From: an uncultured virus (IMG/VR IMGVR_UViG_3300042882_001139)
Lineage: Duplodnaviria > Heunggongvirae > Uroviricota > Caudoviricetes
Direction: 5' to 3' (one strand)
Virus record (IMG/VR): IMGVR_UViG_3300042882_001139
Span: 1 to 64,000 of that record
Length of the DNA stretch: 64,000 bases
The translations under genes and the position numbers were made by a program. Under the pieces are notes generated by a model, which saw nothing but the letters and a program-made list of their open reading frames with translations, was not told the origin of the DNA and did no database searches. Of this stretch, positions 38,039-47,061 are shown piece after piece. Positions within the stretch are counted from its first letter, which is position 1; each line of letters begins with the position of its first letter.

Positions 38039-38965
38039 ATGCCCACTCAGCAAGAAGTTCAACTGCTCAACGAGACTCTCTTTGAGCAACTCGATACCCC
38101 CGGCATGCAGAAGCAGGCCATTGATGCTGTTAACGACTTCACGCGCACCAAGATGCGTGAAGACGGGTTCTACCGGCGGATTATGCCGCCGCTGACCATC
38201 ACCAACGACGAGCTCGACCGTCAGGTTGACACTGACAAGCCCGTCAAGGTTGTGGACAAGGAGCCCGATTCCCCGGCGGCTGTGTCGCTTCCGTTTGCGA
38301 CACTCCCGATCAACTTTTACATCCGTGGCCCGCGCTACCGCGTCATGTTTGACCGGATCGTGTCGCCCCGTGCTGTGAAGGACGTCGACGAACTCCGTAC
38401 GTATGTCATCGACATCCGTCAGGTGCTCAGCGACAACATGATCAAGGACATGCTCGCCGAGGAAGACTCGAAGTTTATTGCCGCTTTCAAGGCCGTACTC
38501 CCGACGCCTGGCACCGAAGTCACGATGTCGGAAACGGTTCAGTACGAGGAAATCTCTGGTGGCATCACCCGCGAAACGCTGGTTGACGCCCTCAAGGTTA
38601 TGCCCCGTACGCCGTCGCACTTTGAAGTTGAGACCTGCCTCGTGAATAACATCACGATCAAGGAACTTCTCAAGTTCGGCCGCGACGAAATGGGTGGCGA
38701 TTTCAGCCAGGACATCATCAAGAATGGCTGGGCTGAAACCAACTTCCTGAACTGCCGCTGGATCGTCACGATCAAGCGCGACCTCGTTCCGGACGATTCG
38801 CTGTTCATGTTCGCTTCGCCGAAGTTTATCGGCAAGAACTACGAGCTGGAACCCACCACGATGTACATCCGTCGTGAGGCTTACATGCTTGAGTACTTTG
38901 CCTACAACACGCAGGGTGGTTCGTTCGGTCATACGAACGGTCTGGCCCGTGTTGACTTCAAGTGA
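38039..38965 (+). CDS. putative major capsid protein (HK97 fold)
   Basis: Position after protease/scaffold/decoration; strongest C-ending codon bias; QKQA near N-terminus; EEDSKFI backbone-helix-like motif. Confidence 0.7.
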   Translation: MPTQQEVQLLNETLFEQLDTPGMQKQAIDAVNDFTRTKMREDGFYRRIMPPLTITNDELDRQVDTDKPVKVVDKEPDSPAAVSLPFATLPINFYIRGPRYRVMFDRIVSPRAVKDVDELRTYVIDIRQVLSDNMIKDMLAEEDSKFIAAFKAVLPTPGTEVTMSETVQYEEISGGITRETLVDALKVMPRTPSHFEVETCLVNNITIKELLKFGRDEMGGDFSQDIIKNGWAETNFLNCRWIVTIKRDLVPDDSLFMFASPKFIGKNYELEPTTMYIRREAYMLEYFAYNTQGGSFGHTNGLARVDFK

Positions 38966-38997
38966 GTCGTGTAAAAACTAACCAAAGGAGCACAGAG

Positions 38998-39384
38998 ATG
39001 GATCAGATTAAACAAGCGGCTGAGCAGGCTTATGCCACGATTGTGGCTGAACTTGCTGCGCCGTATTTCTTCGAGAAACTTGCCGCCCACGGGGTTGCCC
39101 CGCGGTCGGAGCAGGAGGCCTCTGAAATGTGGTCGATTGCGAACAAGTTACATGTGCTCTACACGGCGGAACAAGAAAAGGCCGCTGCGGCGCAGGTTTC
39201 GGGACTGTCGGCTGCTAACCAGCGACTCGACGCCGTCCTCGCCGCGGCGGGCCTTTCTGGCCCGGTTGAGAAAGTGGCCGCTTTCAAGGGGGCCGCTGAC
39301 GTGGCGGCAGAGCAGCCGGCGATTGCCAATGCTGTTCTGACGCTGCAAGCCGCGGCTTCCGCTGCTATGCAGAACGCATCCTGA
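38998..39384 (+). CDS. Ala-rich head-module protein with K-x-A motifs
   Basis: AAGGAG RBS; IKQAA, FEKLAA, EKAAA, EKVAA. Confidence 0.65.
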   Translation: MDQIKQAAEQAYATIVAELAAPYFFEKLAAHGVAPRSEQEASEMWSIANKLHVLYTAEQEKAAAAQVSGLSAANQRLDAVLAAAGLSGPVEKVAAFKGAADVAAEQPAIANAVLTLQAAASAAMQNAS

Positions 39385-39402
39385 AGAATGGAGTAATTAA
39401 CA

Positions 39403-39723
39403 ATGCCAGTACCCGGTTTATACACGACAGTTAAGAACACATCGGGCGCCGCCCGCGTGTTCGGTTTCCTTGGCGCCCACGGCAAGCGGCTTGAAGCGGA
39501 CGCAACCTACACGGTTGCGGGCGACCTCGTAGCTAAGCTTGGTAACGGCGGCAGGGGCAGTCAGCGACAATTCAAGGCTCTTGAAAAGGCCCTTGAGACA
39601 AACAAGATCGATATTTTAAGTTCGCCCGCTGTTTACATGCTCGACGCGACCGACAATAGCGTTGATCAGTTGCGGATCAATAACAACACGCTCGGCACAG
39701 TGACGCCGACGGGGTGGACTTGA
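39403..39723 (+). CDS. putative virion structural protein
   Basis: GGAG RBS; last gene before terminator in capsid operon. Confidence 0.55.
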   Translation: MPVPGLYTTVKNTSGAARVFGFLGAHGKRLEADATYTVAGDLVAKLGNGGRGSQRQFKALEKALETNKIDILSSPAVYMLDATDNSVDQLRINNNTLGTVTPTGWT

Positions 39724-39750
39724 TTAAAAAAAATCGGTTTGAATTTTTAC

Positions 39751-39786
39751 AAGGGCTGGCTGCTTAAGCGGCCAGCCCTTGCTGTT
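39751..39786 (+). terminator. intrinsic terminator-like hairpin
   Basis: AAGGGCTGGCTGC-TTAA-GCGGCCAGCCCTT after capsid operon; weak U tract. Confidence 0.65.
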
Positions 39787-39816
39787 TGTACACTAGAACT
39801 ATACACGGAGTGATTT

Positions 39817-40824
39817 ATGGTAGTAATTGCAACGCCGACGTCGCATCCGTTAGTTCAGTGCTGCGACAACGCCAATACGCCGCAAGTTTTAAATCCCGTA
39901 TCTTGTGCAATACAGAACAAGTTGCAGGCCCCGGTAACTTCGCAGAACGGGCAGCAATTGTTGTCAAAGATGCGGGCTATATCGGTTACACAAGGCCAGT
40001 GCTCAACTGTCGAATGGCAGATGATTAACAAGGATGGCGTGCCGGTAGATTTACGGCCGTGTGGCTTTGGCGGCGTGACAGCGCCGTTATCTTTTACAGT
40101 TGTGTTGCGTTTAAAAGAACAGCTAGCCCTCGGTAATACGAATCCGGTCACGCAGGTGACAGCAACAGTGCACGACGCAGAGCACGGCATTGTCCGGGCA
40201 GCGTTGACAAAGCAAATGGTTGGTTTGCCCGGCATCTACTACGCCGAGATGGCTTTGCTTGACGTAGCAGCAGAGAATGCAGCCCAGCCGTGCGTTGTGT
40301 TTTCAAACTTGTTTTATGTCGTTATTAATCGCAGCACATTCGAAGAAGCCGGTCGTGTGGGCGGGCCCCCGAGCGTTGCAGAGATTCGACTGCACCTTCG
40401 CGACTCAAGCCCCGGCGAAAGTTTCTTGCTGGATAATCTGATGTTTGACGACGCAGAAATCGCATTGGCAATTGTGCGCCCTGTGCAATACTGGAACGAA
40501 ATCCCGCCGCCGCTCGACACGACATACAACACACAAAATTTCCCGTTCCGCTATCACTGGCTTGAAGGTATTTGTGCGAATCTGTTTTTTATGGTGGCGG
40601 AGCAGTATAGGCGTAATCAGTTGTCGTATTCTGCTGGCGGGCTGCAGGTAGACGACCAGAATAAAGAAGCAGCCTACGAACGTGCCGGCCAGGCCAGGTG
40701 GCAGGCGTATCGAGAATGGGTGCGAGCTACGAAAGCCAGCATTAACTTAGAGAGTTGCTACGGTGAAGTAACGTCGTCGTATAAGTACAGCGCCTACACC
40801 GACGCCATCCGTATTCGTTATTAA
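39817..40824 (+). CDS. putative neck/head-tail adaptor protein with N-terminal Ig-like domain
   Basis: FDDAEI..AI....YWNEIPP, RNQLSYSAGGLQVDD; position after capsid. Confidence 0.55.
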   Translation: MVVIATPTSHPLVQCCDNANTPQVLNPVSCAIQNKLQAPVTSQNGQQLLSKMRAISVTQGQCSTVEWQMINKDGVPVDLRPCGFGGVTAPLSFTVVLRLKEQLALGNTNPVTQVTATVHDAEHGIVRAALTKQMVGLPGIYYAEMALLDVAAENAAQPCVVFSNLFYVVINRSTFEEAGRVGGPPSVAEIRLHLRDSSPGESFLLDNLMFDDAEIALAIVRPVQYWNEIPPPLDTTYNTQNFPFRYHWLEGICANLFFMVAEQYRRNQLSYSAGGLQVDDQNKEAAYERAGQARWQAYREWVRATKASINLESCYGEVTSSYKYSAYTDAIRIRY

Positions 40825-40983
40825 ACTATCTCATTCTGGAAACTGGAAAATTTGACGTAAGTGCTTTGTTTCCTAGCACTTTCGCAATTCGCGAATTTGG
40901 AATATGTCGCTTGTCCGCAGTTCGCGAACCGTGGACATGTTACAGAATCGCGGTCCAAAATCTTTTTGGCATAGGTTCTGTAA

Positions 40984-41022
40984 CACCTAAATACGTGCCC
41001 AATTTCTGGCATATTCTTTGTA
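40984..41022 (+). promoter_or_regulatory. phage-specific promoter candidate, copy 1
   Basis: CACCTAAATA-N13-TGGCATATTcTTTGTA. Confidence 0.6.
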
Positions 41023-41110
41023 GCCCAGGGCTACATGTCAGACGCAATTGTGTTGGCACGCACATTTGCGTTTTTGGGTTTTTGTGTGCTCACAGAAGTG
41101 GAGACTACCT

Positions 41111-41659
41111 GTGAAGGCAGTGAATGACATCACGCAGTTTTTTCTGCGGGGGATGAAGAAGATGTTCGCCGAGCAACAAGAGAGTGGCAAGAAGACGCCG
41201 CTCGACGATATCAACGAGATACGGAAAAATGTCGGCGACTCGTTGCACGACAAAGATGTCAAAGACGCCATGAAGGCGGCCTTGGGGGTGAGCACCACGC
41301 TGCTGGTCACGATGACCATCCACAGCGTGCAGCAGGCTCTCAATCAGGCGGGCCGGGTGCTCGTCCGCATTGGGGACCCGGATAACGTTCCGCCGGAGAG
41401 CCGGATCGCGCCGGAGGAACTTGCGGAGAAAGCGATGGAGGCGGCCCACAAGTTGGCCGCGGTGATGAGCGTGCTTGAGGCTATGTCGATGTGCGCACTG
41501 GAACACACCGATATGGAGCACATCGTGGAGACGCTCTACGACGCGCATCTTCCGAGACTGCTGGCGGAAGAAGCCGGGGCTGCCACGCCGCCGCAGGCAA
41601 AGCCCATCAGCGGCACTGCAACGCCGCTGAACCAGAAATGGAACCCGTCGGCAAACTGA
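41111..41659 (+). CDS. hypothetical protein
   Basis: GGAG RBS before GTG 41111; helical; followed by terminator. Confidence 0.65.
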   Translation: MKAVNDITQFFLRGMKKMFAEQQESGKKTPLDDINEIRKNVGDSLHDKDVKDAMKAALGVSTTLLVTMTIHSVQQALNQAGRVLVRIGDPDNVPPESRIAPEELAEKAMEAAHKLAAVMSVLEAMSMCALEHTDMEHIVETLYDAHLPRLLAEEAGAATPPQAKPISGTATPLNQKWNPSAN

Positions 41660-41746
41660 CGCCTATGCGGCAGTTAGCGCTGCTGCCGCATTTGCGGTGC
41701 CGTGGGCGATCATCCCTAGGGTGTGTTGTTTAAAACTTTCGAGTTT

Positions 41747-41786
41747 AACACTCCGCCTGGCTACGGCCGCGCGGAGTGTTTTTTTT
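41747..41786 (+). terminator. intrinsic terminator
   Basis: AACACTCCGC...GCGGAGTGTT plus T tract. Confidence 0.8.
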
Positions 41787-41799
41787 AGCTATTGGCGAG

Positions 41800-41838
41800 C
41801 ACCTAAATAATTCGCAATTTAATGGCATATTTTTTGTA
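41800..41838 (+). promoter_or_regulatory. phage-specific promoter candidate, copy 2
   Basis: CACCTAAATA-N13-TGGCATATTtTTTGTA, same spacing as copy 1, directly after terminator. Confidence 0.6.
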
Positions 41839-41875
41839 TCCCCGGTTCTATTCATTCCCTAAGAAGGAGATGTGC

Positions 41876-42697
41876 ATGGTTGGAAACCTGTTGCCCGGAT
41901 ACCACGCCCGCAAGGGTGAACTGCTGGCCGCGCGATGGCTGGCGACGATCACGGACCTGCTCCGTGCGGTTCTCCTCGTCGGAGACCCCGGCACGGGCAA
42001 GACGTTCTTTGCCGAGTGCTTTGCAAAAAGCATGAACGCAATGCATCTGTTTGTGCCGTGCCATCCATGGTTGACGGCTGAGGAGATGCAGCAGGGTGTC
42101 GACATCGGCCAAGTGGCGGTCGGCGTTCAACAGGCTGACGACGCCTACTTGGACGGGCAACTGCTGCGTGCAGTTCGTGCCAGCCACGAACAGAAGGTCG
42201 TGCTGGTGCTTGACGAGGTGGAAAAGGCTGGCAGTCGTTTCTACCCGCTTGTGCTGGACTTTCTTCAGCACGGTCGGGTGCCCGATGCACGACACAAAAT
42301 GCATCAGGCGACTCTTCGCAATTTGTTCGTAGTTCTAACCGCGAACGAAGAAGCGGAGATTCCGGAAGCGGTTAAGCGCCGCTGCTTCCGGGTGACGATG
42401 GAGTTCTTGCCGGAGAACGTCGAGATCGATGTTCTCCGCAAGACAACGGGTGCTCCGGGAGGTGCGTGCCGGCTCGTCGTGCGAATGGCTAACACTATCC
42501 GCACGCGAGGCGAGTCTAAGCCCTCGCTGCAGGAGTTGCGTGAACTTCTGCGGGCCAGAGATCTCGTCTCGTCGATTGACGAGGCTGAGATGCTGATCGA
42601 CGCGTTCTTGGTGAAGGCCAAGCGCGACCGAGAGGCGATCGTTAAGGAAATCCGCACGCCGGGTGCGGCCCTGCTTGGAGAAATCAAGCGGGTGTGA
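41876..42697 (+). CDS. MoxR-like AAA+ ATPase
   Basis: GDPGTGKT, LVLDEVEK, LTAN sensor-1, EAVKRRC arginine finger; AAGGAG RBS. Confidence 0.88.
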   Translation: MVGNLLPGYHARKGELLAARWLATITDLLRAVLLVGDPGTGKTFFAECFAKSMNAMHLFVPCHPWLTAEEMQQGVDIGQVAVGVQQADDAYLDGQLLRAVRASHEQKVVLVLDEVEKAGSRFYPLVLDFLQHGRVPDARHKMHQATLRNLFVVLTANEEAEIPEAVKRRCFRVTMEFLPENVEIDVLRKTTGAPGGACRLVVRMANTIRTRGESKPSLQELRELLRARDLVSSIDEAEMLIDAFLVKAKRDREAIVKEIRTPGAALLGEIKRV

Positions 42698-42707
42698 CGG
42701 TTGTTCA

Positions 42708-42741
42708 GGGGGCACGATTCTGTGGCGGGAATCGTGCCCCC
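42708..42741 (+). other. 13-bp intergenic hairpin (stabiliser/processing site)
   Basis: GGGGGCACGATTC-N8-GAATCGTGCCCCC, no U tract. Confidence 0.6.
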
Positions 42742-42766
42742 TTACCCTTACCGCCAAGGAGTTTGC

Positions 42767-44206
42767 ATGGATTTAACAATCCGGCAGGTGCAGCGTTTGC
42801 TGCATAAGTCGAGGACGAATCCGAACACCTTGGTGGCAGAGGGTGTTCGAGACATTGCCCAATTGGCAAACCACTTAGTTGGTTTGAATATTGTGGCTGT
42901 CGGGGCTGTACACAACGGGCATCTCTGGATGTCCGTAGCAAGTAACTTCGCACCGCGCGGCACGCGGGCGATGTATGCCTACCTGGACCCGCATCACGCC
43001 GTAGACCGCTTGTGCCGCAAGTACGGGCCCAATGCTTCTGTTAAAGACATAATTAAACAGGAGCAGCCAGCCAAGCAACCGCCGCAGCCGCCTAAGCCGG
43101 AAAGCGGCGAGGGCAGCGACGCCGATGCGGACGGCCACGAGGACGCAGATGCTGAGACTCAGGCCGAGCCCAGCACCTCAGCCAAGGACATGGCTAAGGC
43201 CCGCGAAGCAGCCGAAGACTGGCGTGCAGACGAAGCGGCACGGCAGCGGCAAGCCGAAGCCGAGGCACAGGCCGCGGCGGCAAGAAAGAAGTTAGCAGAC
43301 AATCTTGCTGCTGCTAAGGCGAAGGCTTTGGCAGAAGCGAAGAAAGCCGCCCAGAACGCCAAACGACAGCCGAGCGGTTACCGCCGTTGCGGAGCCAAAC
43401 AAGCCCTTAAAAAGGCACGCCAGGCTGTGTCGTTTAGTCAGGCCGCAGAGGCGTCTGGGCCGTCGCTGGCGTCTCGGCACGCCCTGTCGAGTGCTAACGG
43501 TCGCTTGCGGGCTGTACCCGCGGCGCTGCGAAGCCAGATGGCAGAGTTGCTTAACAGGCTCGTGGGCAACACAGGAAATACCGGCGGCAACGTCGGACCG
43601 ATTCCTGTGTACGACAGTCGTAGGTTGGTTAAGCGGTTGCTCGTCAAACGACCGCTACCCAACGCGCTGAAGGAGGACGTCATTTCCGGGCGACCGGTGA
43701 CGTTAATCCTTCCTGATGTTTCGCCGTCTTGTGCCAAGCAGGCACAGGCCGCGTGTGACATCGCCAATGCCGCCGGGTACGCAGGAGTTAGCGGCTCCGA
43801 CGTACTCGTTCTGCCACATAGCAACGGCTGCATCGAAGAACACGTCGATGCGTACATGCCGTGGTTTAATGGCAGGCCCGTTGATGTTCGCGGTACGGCG
43901 TTAAGGACGCTGTTCCGGACCATTATTACGGGCAAGTCTTCGTACAAGCTCCGCGTAGTGATCGCCGTCGGCGACCATGACGCGGTAGACATGTACGAAC
44001 AACTGGCGGGATTGCGGCAGGTAACAAGGTTGATTTGGCTGCACAACGCCAGTGGTCGCCACGGCGGCCTGCGCAATCGTGTGGTCACATCGACGCCCGA
44101 AGACTGTCCGGGGTGGGTACCGGACTCCCTTAAGAAGTTGTCGCTGATCTGGGGCTGTCACAGTCAGCGGCGCATGCTTAAAGGGCTTGCTTTAAGTCTT
44201 CGGTAA
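42767..44206 (+). CDS. VWA-like (MIDAS) protein, MoxR partner
   Basis: ILPDVSPSC (DxSxS), VIAVGD, LIWLHN; acidic linker and coiled coil; AAGGAG RBS. Confidence 0.6.
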   Translation: MDLTIRQVQRLLHKSRTNPNTLVAEGVRDIAQLANHLVGLNIVAVGAVHNGHLWMSVASNFAPRGTRAMYAYLDPHHAVDRLCRKYGPNASVKDIIKQEQPAKQPPQPPKPESGEGSDADADGHEDADAETQAEPSTSAKDMAKAREAAEDWRADEAARQRQAEAEAQAAAARKKLADNLAAAKAKALAEAKKAAQNAKRQPSGYRRCGAKQALKKARQAVSFSQAAEASGPSLASRHALSSANGRLRAVPAALRSQMAELLNRLVGNTGNTGGNVGPIPVYDSRRLVKRLLVKRPLPNALKEDVISGRPVTLILPDVSPSCAKQAQAACDIANAAGYAGVSGSDVLVLPHSNGCIEEHVDAYMPWFNGRPVDVRGTALRTLFRTIITGKSSYKLRVVIAVGDHDAVDMYEQLAGLRQVTRLIWLHNASGRHGGLRNRVVTSTPEDCPGWVPDSLKKLSLIWGCHSQRRMLKGLALSLR

Positions 44207-44906
44207 ACGTGATGCACGGGCACCATTCCCGGCACGCGGTACTGAAAGGAGGTGCCTCATGACCTGGCCCTGATACAGTTCCTTTTTAAAAACCCGGGCT
44301 GCTGCTTTTTCCGTCGGCAGCTGCGGGTATTCGCAACACGCGGTAAGTGACCGCATTCGTGCGGTTGCGAACGGAAAAAACAGGCTGTCCGAATACAGCC
44401 CGGAGAAAAAAGTTAACGCCTTGTCGGGTTAACAATTTCGGGGGTAAATCACAAATAAACCCTTAGATGTCGGCTTGAGTCGGTCGGGACGTCGAAAAAA
44501 GAACGGGAGTACTACCGTTGTAATTAATTCGAAACGCCGCCCGCTCTCAACGCTCACATCACATTTGTGGCGGGGACTAGGCATTGCATGCAGGTCAAGA
44601 CAATTGCAAATGCTGTATACCCGCGTGCCGCGTGCACACTCAATTGCGTCACGTTGTGTGGCCCTTGACGGCCACATAACATGCTCCTCCCACCAAGCCA
44701 CTTAGACGCTGTTTTAAAATAATAACGTCGGCTGCCACACGCGTCTGGCACTCAGCGTCATATAAGTGTTACCGTCACGACCGGGAAGACGAAAGTCGGT
44801 GGGCCGCCGCTGCCGAGTAATCGGTAGCCTTGGGATGCGTCCCAAGTGAAAAGCGTAGGGAAAATGGGGCTGGACGGATCATAGTACCGCCTAGCCCCAT
44901 TTTTTT
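44207..44906 (+). ncRNA. candidate large structured non-coding RNA (~700 nt)
   Basis: Many hairpins with G-U pairs, GAAA and GTAA tetraloops, a 9-bp pseudoknot and a 6-bp kissing-loop complement; no credible ORF. Confidence 0.6.
44861..44906 (+). terminator. intrinsic terminator
   Basis: AAAATGGGGCT...AGCCCCATTTT plus T tract. Confidence 0.7.
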
Positions 44907-44997
44907 AGATATCAGCGGTATGTGTAAAATGTAGAATGGCTGGACGTTTGGTGCGGAACGCATCAAAAAAGTTATGTCATTCCGCACAGGTTATCAA

Positions 44998-46239
44998 ATG
45001 ACCCAACAGCGCGTCTTCCCGTTCCGCCGAATCTCAGTCGACCACATGGTTCGCGGCGTAACGCGTGTGTGGTGGCAATTAGAGCCGTTATTTAATGACC
45101 CCGGCCCGTATACGTTTCAACTTCAGTTCGGCCACACCGGTCTTCGCGACACACCTGATTGGAAAGATATCGGCAATCCTGTCGTCAATACATACACGGC
45201 AGCAGATGCCGCGTGGCGCGAGGGCGGGTACGATATTCTGTCGCATTACCGAGTTAAATTAACAACTTCTGTCGGCGTATACGTTTCGCAGGCGGCCAAC
45301 TGCTACGGCGACCTGACAGAAAAAGACTGGCTCCTTGCACGTGAGATCATGCGTAAAGAGCAACTGCGTAACAGGCTTGTATCTGTTCCGGGCTACCTAA
45401 TTAAACCTTATCGCTACGGAAAGCCGTGCAAACGTTGCCGTGATCAGTTGACCCAAGAAATTACAGACGCCAACTGTGACATCTGTAGCGGCACAGGGTT
45501 TGAAATTGGGTTCCATCCACCGCTTGGCCTACAGTGCTGGGATCTATCACCCGAAATTATTCAAGAAGACGTAAACAATGAAGTAAAGGGCTCGACGCGA
45601 GAGAACGCGTATGTCACTGCCCGTGTAATTGGTTTTCCGGCACTCAATAAAAACGATATATGGGTAAACGGTGCTAGTGACGAGCGCTGGCGGGTAGAGA
45701 CAATACAGGTGGCGGCGAGCATTCGCGGAGTTCCAATTGTTTATTCTGTCAAAATGGGTTTAGTGCCTTTTAATAACTCGGTGTACAGTTTAGAGGTCGG
45801 CGGCGAGCCTGAATCACGACCCGGCCCGACGCTACCTGTGAAAGGTTGTGGTGCCATCGCTATCGACCACAATTACGGCGGACAAGAAAATTTAATATAC
45901 ACCGCAAGCATCGACGGGTGCCCGATAATTGGTGCCTCTGTGTACGTGTTTACGCGTGCCGTGTTTGACGATGCAGAAACAGACACTCCGCGAAACTTGG
46001 CAGTAGCGGGCACAACTACTCGAGCAAATGGCCGATGGACTGAGTCTTTAAAACTAGACCCAGGCGAGTACGCTATCTTATTTGAGAAGTTAGGCGAGTA
46101 TGGGCCGGATGTAGCGTACATAGAAGTGACCGTGCCAGCGTTACCGCAAATGGCGCCCGCAGCCGCACCGTCACCACGCCCTAACATTAAACCATTAAAT
46201 AACAGCAAAGACCGTACGAACGGATTCTGGGATATCTAA
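44998..46239 (+). CDS. putative neck/head-closure protein with zinc ribbon
   Basis: CKRC...CDICSGTGF, FPALNKNDIWV...ERWRV; position before tail genes. Confidence 0.55.
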   Translation: MTQQRVFPFRRISVDHMVRGVTRVWWQLEPLFNDPGPYTFQLQFGHTGLRDTPDWKDIGNPVVNTYTAADAAWREGGYDILSHYRVKLTTSVGVYVSQAANCYGDLTEKDWLLAREIMRKEQLRNRLVSVPGYLIKPYRYGKPCKRCRDQLTQEITDANCDICSGTGFEIGFHPPLGLQCWDLSPEIIQEDVNNEVKGSTRENAYVTARVIGFPALNKNDIWVNGASDERWRVETIQVAASIRGVPIVYSVKMGLVPFNNSVYSLEVGGEPESRPGPTLPVKGCGAIAIDHNYGGQENLIYTASIDGCPIIGASVYVFTRAVFDDAETDTPRNLAVAGTTTRANGRWTESLKLDPGEYAILFEKLGEYGPDVAYIEVTVPALPQMAPAAAPSPRPNIKPLNNSKDRTNGFWDI

Positions 46240-46379
46240 TGTTTCTTGATAAGATTAAACTCACGTCGCCGATAGTGTTTAACGATAAAAAACTGCAACT
46301 CTGGCCGCGGTTACAACTTATTGAAAAGAGAGAAGCCCGTGAGCGACTGCCCGCAAAACCAAAACCCGCCGGAAGTTGA
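46239..46379 (+). CDS. possible 46-aa protein (not in ORF track)
   Basis: TAATG coupling to upstream stop; MFLDKIKLTSPIVFNDKKLQLWPRLQLIEKREARERLPAKPKPAGS. Confidence 0.3.
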   Translation: MFLDKIKLTSPIVFNDKKLQLWPRLQLIEKREARERLPAKPKPAGS

Positions 46380-47061
46380 AGACCTGTTTCCGGAAGGCAG
46401 CGAGACCGAAAACCGCCTGCCGAAAGTGAGTGCCTTGTGCTCGTACGGCATGCGCCCCCACGTTATGACCGGTTTTCTTCGACAACTGCTTATCGGGCAT
46501 TTCGCAGACACCGACAATATCGACGACCCGAAACTCCGGCAGCAACTGCAAGAATTAAATGATTGGAAACCGGCCGAAAACGATACGTACGAAAAGGTAT
46601 ACGGCCCTATCCTTATTGAGAGCATTACACGCTGGGTGCCGAATCAAATAGACAAACGACCCGCAATACTTATTAAACGAAACGGGTGGAAGTGGCAAAA
46701 ACAAGGTATTGGTGACATTACAAGTACCAATGCTTATACTGGAAGCACGTCGTATGCGGGTTTATGGGACGGCAGCCACACATTGTTCTGCCTGTCCCAG
46801 AACGGCGCCGAAACAGAATTTTTAGCCACTGAAGTAGTTAAGTTTTTAATCAAGTTTTCGCCGATGATCCGCGAGCAAATGGATCTTCACCGATTCTTTG
46901 TAAGCGATGTCGGCGGTATAGGAGAAATCCAAGAAGTTATACAGGGTTATGCCGTACCTGTTAACGTAGCATACATGGCCGAGGAGGCTTGGACGCTCCA
47001 GCCGTATGCGCCGCGCCTAAAGCGGATTGTCTTCAAGGCATCGGATTTACTGACCTATTAA
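46339..47061 (+). CDS. putative tail terminator/completion protein
   Basis: KRPAILIKR, TLFCLSQNGAETEFLA; immediately upstream of sheath. Confidence 0.55.
   Translation: MSDCPQNQNPPEVEDLFPEGSETENRLPKVSALCSYGMRPHVMTGFLRQLLIGHFADTDNIDDPKLRQQLQELNDWKPAENDTYEKVYGPILIESITRWVPNQIDKRPAILIKRNGWKWQKQGIGDITSTNAYTGSTSYAGLWDGSHTLFCLSQNGAETEFLATEVVKFLIKFSPMIREQMDLHRFFVSDVGGIGEIQEVIQGYAVPVNVAYMAEEAWTLQPYAPRLKRIVFKASDLLTY

Noticed and set aside
38006..38932. 308-aa antisense ORF over the capsid gene
   Set aside because: Mirror-frame artefact of strong codon bias; no RBS or protein-like motifs
40859..40881. Inverted repeat AAGTGCT-N9-AGCACTT as operator or recombination site at island edge
   Set aside because: Single short copy, no partner site or integrase seen
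44259..44458. Stop-codon reassignment suggested by TGA-interrupted frame
   Set aside because: TAA, TAG and TGA all end intact genes elsewhere; readthrough product not protein-like
44567..44695. tmRNA/tRNA-like end (GGGGA...CTCCCACCA)
   Set aside because: No T-arm (GTTCRA) before CCA and no recognisable tag frame
44780..44856. Hammerhead ribozyme or group II intron domain V
   Set aside because: GAAA junction present but no CUGANGA core or domain V consensus; no RT gene
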